DNA of 64,000 nucleotides from Candidatus Bathyarchaeia archaeon. Lineage in GTDB: Archaea; Thermoproteota; Bathyarchaeia; Bathyarchaeales; Bathycorpusculaceae. The stretch covers positions 96,001-160,000 of the forward strand of contig JAVZLM010000004.1 of NCBI GenBank assembly GCA_038883775.1. The letters are read 5' to 3'. The position numbers and the translations under genes are program-made. Shown one piece after another: positions 59,441-64,000 of this stretch. Positions within the stretch are counted from its first letter, which is position 1. Each line of letters starts with the position of its first letter. Under the pieces are notes generated by a model, which searched no databases, was not told the DNA's origin, and was given only the letters and a program-made list of their open reading frames with translations.

Positions 59441-60850
59441 ATGGCTGGAAGATTCCTAAACCTTTTCAAACCTATTGCAAGAGTCGTACCGGAAATAAAG
59501 GCTCCAGAACGCAGAGTCCGATTTAACGAGAAAATCTTCTGGACAGCCATTGTATTAATAATTTATCTCATAATGTCAGAAGTCCCATTATACGGAATCC
59601 CAGCTGCAACCCAAGAAAGCTTCAGCGCCTTAAGGATAATTTGGGCATCTCACCGCGGCACCCTCATGGAGCTTGGAATAGGTCCCATAGTCACGGCGGG
59701 ATTAATACTCCAGCTTCTGGTCGGCTCAGGCATGATAGAATGCAACATGTCAAACCCAGAAGATAGAGCTCTATTCACGACAGCAAGCAAAGTTTTTTCC
59801 ATAATCCTAACAGGAGTTCAAGCCTTCGCTTATATGGTTAGCGGAATGTATAGTGTTCCTTCCGCCGCAATTGCCATAATCGTTTTCCTTCAGCTTCTAG
59901 CCTCTGGAATAATTATTCTGCTTATGGATGAGCTCATTCAGAAAGGTTGGGGATTAGGAAGTGGAATAAGCCTTTTCATCATGGCTGGTGTCGCACAACA
60001 AATCGTATGGCAATGCTTTAACCCACCCACAGGCCTTTTTGTTGGCGCTTTAACGCTAGTATTAACGGGCCAGCATGATTTATCTTCGTGGATTGTGGGG
60101 AGCGGCGCATATCCATCCTTAATTGGTTTCATAGCTACAATTTTTGCGTTTCTCGTAATAATTTATATGGAAGGCGTAAGAGTTGAACTGCCAATTTCAT
60201 ATGCAGGTTACAAGGGTTACCGCAGCCGATACCCAATAAAATTGCTCTATGTTTCAAACCTTCCGGTAATTTTTGCTTCAGCTTTATTCGCTAACGTTTA
60301 TCTTTTTTCACAATTATTTTGGAGCATGAACGGTCAACCTCAGCCAGGACGTAACTTTTGGCTTGACCTTTTAGGTCAATTTCGATGGAGTGAAGATCAA
60401 AGTGTTCTTGAACCAGTCGGTGGACTCGTGTATTATGTTACAGCCCCTCATAGTCTCACGGATGCATTAGCACATCCAGATAGGGCTTTGGGTTATATGG
60501 CGATCCTTATCATTTTCTGCGTTATTTTTTCGCTTACTTGGCTTGAGGTAGGCGGATTGGGTCCATCAACAGTGGCTAAACAGCTTGTTGATGCTGGAAT
60601 GCAGATTCCCGGATATAGACGTTCTGGAAAAGCTGTGGAATCCATCCTTAAACGTTACATCCCAACAGTAACCGTTTTAGGCGGAATAATTGTGGGGTTG
60701 ATTGCTGCGGTTTCAGATTTCTTTGGAGTTTTTGGTTCAGGAATGGGTATTTTGCTTTCTGTGGGAATTATTTATCAGTATTATGAGTTGTTAATGCAGG
60801 AAAGGGCAGCTGAGATGTATCCAGCTTTTAGGCGTCTATTGGGAGGCTAA
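59441..60850 (+). CDS. secY: Preprotein translocase subunit SecY
   Basis: GTLMELGIGPIVTAG, YPIKLLYVSN.P and QIPG.R motifs; about 10 TM segments. Confidence 0.96.
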   Translation: MAGRFLNLFKPIARVVPEIKAPERRVRFNEKIFWTAIVLIIYLIMSEVPLYGIPAATQESFSALRIIWASHRGTLMELGIGPIVTAGLILQLLVGSGMIECNMSNPEDRALFTTASKVFSIILTGVQAFAYMVSGMYSVPSAAIAIIVFLQLLASGIIILLMDELIQKGWGLGSGISLFIMAGVAQQIVWQCFNPPTGLFVGALTLVLTGQHDLSSWIVGSGAYPSLIGFIATIFAFLVIIYMEGVRVELPISYAGYKGYRSRYPIKLLYVSNLPVIFASALFANVYLFSQLFWSMNGQPQPGRNFWLDLLGQFRWSEDQSVLEPVGGLVYYVTAPHSLTDALAHPDRALGYMAILIIFCVIFSLTWLEVGGLGPSTVAKQLVDAGMQIPGYRRSGKAVESILKRYIPTVTVLGGIIVGLIAAVSDFFGVFGSGMGILLSVGIIYQYYELLMQERAAEMYPAFRRLLGG

Positions 60851-60944
60851 AAGGCAAATTCATAAATATTTTGAAATAATTTGTGAAAATAGTTATTAAT
60901 GCGAAAATAAACAAAGAAACAATTAAAATGTTTGAGGAGAGATT

Positions 60945-61418
60945 ATGGACTTAATCGAATTGTTGATGAAGCCAGAACCGCCTGGAGCCACTATAACAAT
61001 AATGCTAATCTGTTTCGCTATTTCATTCTTAAACTCCGCACTTAACCGTCTTTTAATTCACCGCTTTGTTGGATGGTCCCAATATAAAGAAATGCAGAAA
61101 GAAATTGCCGAATACCGTGCCCAATTGTTCCAGGCGCAGCGTACACAGGATAGGAAGCTTCTTGAGAAATTGAAAAAGAAAGAAACCCAAATTTTTAATA
61201 TGCAGAAAAAAATGGCAAAACCCCAATGGATCCTTATGGGAATTACCTCCAGCTATATTTTAATATGGTTTTTTGTGTTAGGACCCTTTTATGGTGCGCA
61301 CATTGTGGCGTACATTCCTGGAATTGGACCGCAATACATATTCATATGGTATCTTATCTGCTCCTTTCTTTTCGGGTGGACTGCATCCCGCGTGTTAGGT
61401 ATTATGCCAATAGAATAA
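60945..61418 (+). CDS. DUF106 / EMC3-TMCO1 (Oxa1 superfamily) membrane protein
   Basis: TM, coiled coil, TM, TM layout with a WY..CS motif; conserved position after secY. Confidence 0.82.
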   Translation: MDLIELLMKPEPPGATITIMLICFAISFLNSALNRLLIHRFVGWSQYKEMQKEIAEYRAQLFQAQRTQDRKLLEKLKKKETQIFNMQKKMAKPQWILMGITSSYILIWFFVLGPFYGAHIVAYIPGIGPQYIFIWYLICSFLFGWTASRVLGIMPIE

Positions 61419-61431
61419 AGGGAGTGAAAGA

Positions 61432-61701
61432 ATGCCGCAACCTCACTTGCGTACAAGAAGCCGAAAACGCTTAAAAACTAAACTGCCAGGCGGAAGAGGT
61501 CAAATTCATTATAAAAAGGAAAAGACAATAGCGCCTTCATGCTTCATTTGTGGCCAACCCTTAGCTGGAACTCCACGATGTGGGTCTACGGAAATACGTA
61601 AACTTAATCGAACCAAAAGAAGAATTTGGCGTCCCTTTGGCGGACAAGTATGCCACAACTGCCTAAAAATAGCTTTAAAACAGGCTGCAAGAATAATCTA
61701 A
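61432..61701 (+). CDS. rpl34e: 50S ribosomal protein eL34
   Basis: PGG, CFICGQPL.G and RPFGG..C..C motifs. Confidence 0.92.
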   Translation: MPQPHLRTRSRKRLKTKLPGGRGQIHYKKEKTIAPSCFICGQPLAGTPRCGSTEIRKLNRTKRRIWRPFGGQVCHNCLKIALKQAARII

Positions 61702-61721
61702 GCCTAAATTGAGGAAAACAG

Positions 61722-62315
61722 ATGAGCAAAAGAAAAAAGTCCATAGTCATCTGCATATGTGGAATGGCTGGAAGCGGAAAAAGCACACTAGCAAAAAAGC
61801 TTGCAGAAAAATATGGATTAAAATATTATTCTGGCGGAGACGCACTAAAAGCCCTCGCCATCCAAGAAGGCCATAAGCCATCCCAAAGCGGATGGTGGGA
61901 AAGCGAAGAAGGAAAACGTTTTCTACAAAAGAGAGGGAAAGACCCAAAATTTGACAAGGCTGTCGACAAAAAACTTTTGGAACTTGCAAAAAAGGGAAAC
62001 GCAGTTTTGGACAGTTGGACAATGCCATGGCTTCTAAAAGAGGGCTTCAAAGTTTGGTTAGAGGCTTCTCCAGAAAAGAGGGCAAAGCGAATAGCAGTTA
62101 GAGATGGAATGGATGTTAAAGAAGCGTTTAACGCTTTAAAAAACAAGGAGGAGCGGACAAAAGTCATATACAAAAAGCTGTATGGTTTCAGTTTGGGAGA
62201 AGATTTTTCCCCCTTTCACTTGATTTTGGACACTAACTTTTTAGAGGCTGATGAAGTTTTCCAAGTTTTATGCATGGTAATCGACAATCTAATCCTCCAT
62301 TCCCAGAATTATTAG
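61722..62315 (+). CDS. cmk: Cytidylate kinase (archaeal type)
   Basis: G.AGSGKST P-loop, S.G, D..VD, R..RI..RD and Y..LYG motifs; follows rpl34e. Confidence 0.9.
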   Translation: MSKRKKSIVICICGMAGSGKSTLAKKLAEKYGLKYYSGGDALKALAIQEGHKPSQSGWWESEEGKRFLQKRGKDPKFDKAVDKKLLELAKKGNAVLDSWTMPWLLKEGFKVWLEASPEKRAKRIAVRDGMDVKEAFNALKNKEERTKVIYKKLYGFSLGEDFSPFHLILDTNFLEADEVFQVLCMVIDNLILHSQNY

Positions 62316-62432
62316 AACCCTCACTATGCATAAAATTATCTTAATTAAGTACACGGGTTTTTGCGCAAAATTTAAAACTATTCAGAATTATCTTCTAGAT
62401 TGCTTTTCTATAATTAACCTCTAAAAACTTTA

Positions 62433-62849
62433 GTGAGGCTTGGAGAAATGGAGAAAAGCGGATGGAGAATTGATCATTTAATTTTTGGATTGCTCATCGG
62501 GACAGCGTTTTCTTCCTTGCCCCTATATTTTTTACATATTCCTTTAGAGCCCTTGGTCACGCTTATGCTTTTTAATTTCCTCTTCTCTTCTCTAATTTTT
62601 CCATTAAACGGAGCTCTCCCAAAGAAAGTATTCATCCTCGTTATTGGCGATGTTATGGGTTTAGTTTGGAATTATCTTTTTTATTTGTTTGCTTATACGG
62701 CAGCTGACACTCTGGGAAATCTTTTCAGCATTCCCTACATAATTTTAAGTCCTTTCCTAAACCTTGTGTGGGTTGTCTCCTTTTGGGCTGTTATCCTAAC
62801 ATGGTTAACAACTTCTAAAGAAAAGTCGAGGGTAAAATTTGATAGCTGA
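62433..62849 (+). CDS. Hypothetical membrane protein (about 4 TM)
   Basis: Hydrophobic ORF overlapping the GT2 start. Confidence 0.65.
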   Translation: MRLGEMEKSGWRIDHLIFGLLIGTAFSSLPLYFLHIPLEPLVTLMLFNFLFSSLIFPLNGALPKKVFILVIGDVMGLVWNYLFYLFAYTAADTLGNLFSIPYIILSPFLNLVWVVSFWAVILTWLTTSKEKSRVKFDS

Positions 62850-64000
62850 ACTTTTAGAAGCCCTGCTACTATTTTTAACAGTTTTGATAACTGCATACCT
62901 AATCCGCCATTACATGTTCACTTTAACAGTTCTCAAAAATCACAAAAAGAAAAATGCCAATGGAATGGAAAATGTAGCTTATCAACCAACAGTTTCTATC
63001 CTAATTCCAGCACACAACGAAGAACAGGTGATTGGAAGAATCCTTCAAGGAATGACTAAACTAACCTATCCCAAAGACAAGTTGCAAATAATAGTTATTG
63101 ATGATGCCTCAACGGATAAAACGGGAGAAATAAGCGAGGAATATTCGAAGTATTCTTACATCAAAGTTATACACCGAGACCCAAAAGAAGGGAAAAGGGG
63201 GAAAGCTTCAGCCTTAAACGCTGGATTTAAACATGCCAACGGAGAAATAATCCTCTGTTTTGATGCAGACTATTACCCACAAAGAGATATTGTAGAAAAA
63301 CTTGTGAAGGAATTTGTGGACCCAAAAGTTGGTGCAGTGCAAGGCAGAGTTGTCGTTTTAAACGAGCCTCAAAACTTGGTGACAAGACTTGTTGCTTTAG
63401 AGAGAATAGGTGGATACTGCGTTGACCAACGAGCAAGAAATACTTTAGGATTAATTACACAGTTCGGCGGAACTGTTGGAGGTTTTAGGCGTGAATTGTT
63501 AGAAAACCTTGGAGGATGGGATGAATCAATTCTTGCAGAAGACACGGACTTAACTTTTCGCGTATACCTTGCTGGTTATAAGATTAGTTATGTGAATGAT
63601 GCAGAATGTTATGAAGAGGCTGTGGAGAGTTGGCGAGCCTATTGGAGGCAAAGATATAGATGGGCTAAGGGGCACATGCAATGCGCCATAAAACATTCCT
63701 TTAAAGTTTTGAAAAGTAAAAATTTAAGTTTAAAACAGAAAATTGACGGCTTGTTTTTATTAAACCTGTATTTCATGCCAGTTTTGGTTTTGTTTTCATG
63801 GATTATTGGAGTTTCACTGTTTTTCCTAAACTCTTCCTCATGGCTTGGCTTATTTTGGAAATCCATCCCAATTTCCTTTTCTCTTTACAGTTTCGTTGGA
63901 AATTTCGCGCCCTTTTTTGAGGTTGGGATAGGCGCATATTTAGATGGTAGAACAAGGGCGCAGTGTCTAATCCCATTTCTAATATTTACATTTCTATACA
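62839..64000 (+). CDS. Processive GT2 glycosyltransferase (cellulose synthase/PgaC-like), truncated by the window end
   Basis: The frame is open from TTG 62839: N-terminal TM, VSILIPAHNEE, DDAS.D, GKA.ALN, FDAD, LAEDTD, QRYRWAKG, then TM helices. Confidence 0.9.
   Translation, partial: MIAELLEALLLFLTVLITAYLIRHYMFTLTVLKNHKKKNANGMENVAYQPTVSILIPAHNEEQVIGRILQGMTKLTYPKDKLQIIVIDDASTDKTGEISEEYSKYSYIKVIHRDPKEGKRGKASALNAGFKHANGEIILCFDADYYPQRDIVEKLVKEFVDPKVGAVQGRVVVLNEPQNLVTRLVALERIGGYCVDQRARNTLGLITQFGGTVGGFRRELLENLGGWDESILAEDTDLTFRVYLAGYKISYVNDAECYEEAVESWRAYWRQRYRWAKGHMQCAIKHSFKVLKSKNLSLKQKIDGLFLLNLYFMPVLVLFSWIIGVSLFFLNSSSWLGLFWKSIPISFSLYSFVGNFAPFFEVGIGAYLDGRTRAQCLIPFLIFTFLY

Overview
Gene-dense, AT-rich archaeal chromosomal segment with many TTG/GTG starts. 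The gene content suggests an anaerobic TACK-type archaeon, possibly Bathyarchaeia; this is inference and no marker tree was run. It falls into five blocks. (1) 1-5.9 kb: a hdrA'-mvhD-hdrC-hdrB-mvhG-mvhA-protease electron-bifurcation operon. (2) 9.4-25.2 kb: aldehyde:ferredoxin oxidoreductase, an anchor-less SdhA plus SdhB-CCG fusion (thiol:fumarate reductase-like), a PrpE-like acyl-CoA synthetase, methylmalonyl-CoA epimerase and mutase, biotin ligase, and a 12S/5S/1.3S-like three-gene set. No biotin carboxylase or Na+ pump beta subunit is in the window, so this looks like an archaeal transcarboxylase-based propionate/succinate pathway and is the top candidate system. (3) About 28.7-48.8 kb: a redox, oxidative-stress and metal island with an orphan group-3-like [NiFe] hydrogenase, FTR-rubredoxin, glutaredoxin, SOD, Prx, OsmC, PDO, class II RNR, CopB and HypA/HypB(AT). 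It carries a recurring palindromic operator TATGAC-N4-G(G/T)CAT and a separate duplicated operator beside a DUF134 gene. (4) 50.2-62.3 kb: the L22-to-cmk ribosomal protein/secY cluster, with an Hsp20-like gene inserted between L30 and L15 and no adk. (5) A processive GT2 gene running off the right end. No rRNA, tRNA, CRISPR array or mobile element was recognised. All calls are by motif recognition; no database searches were run.
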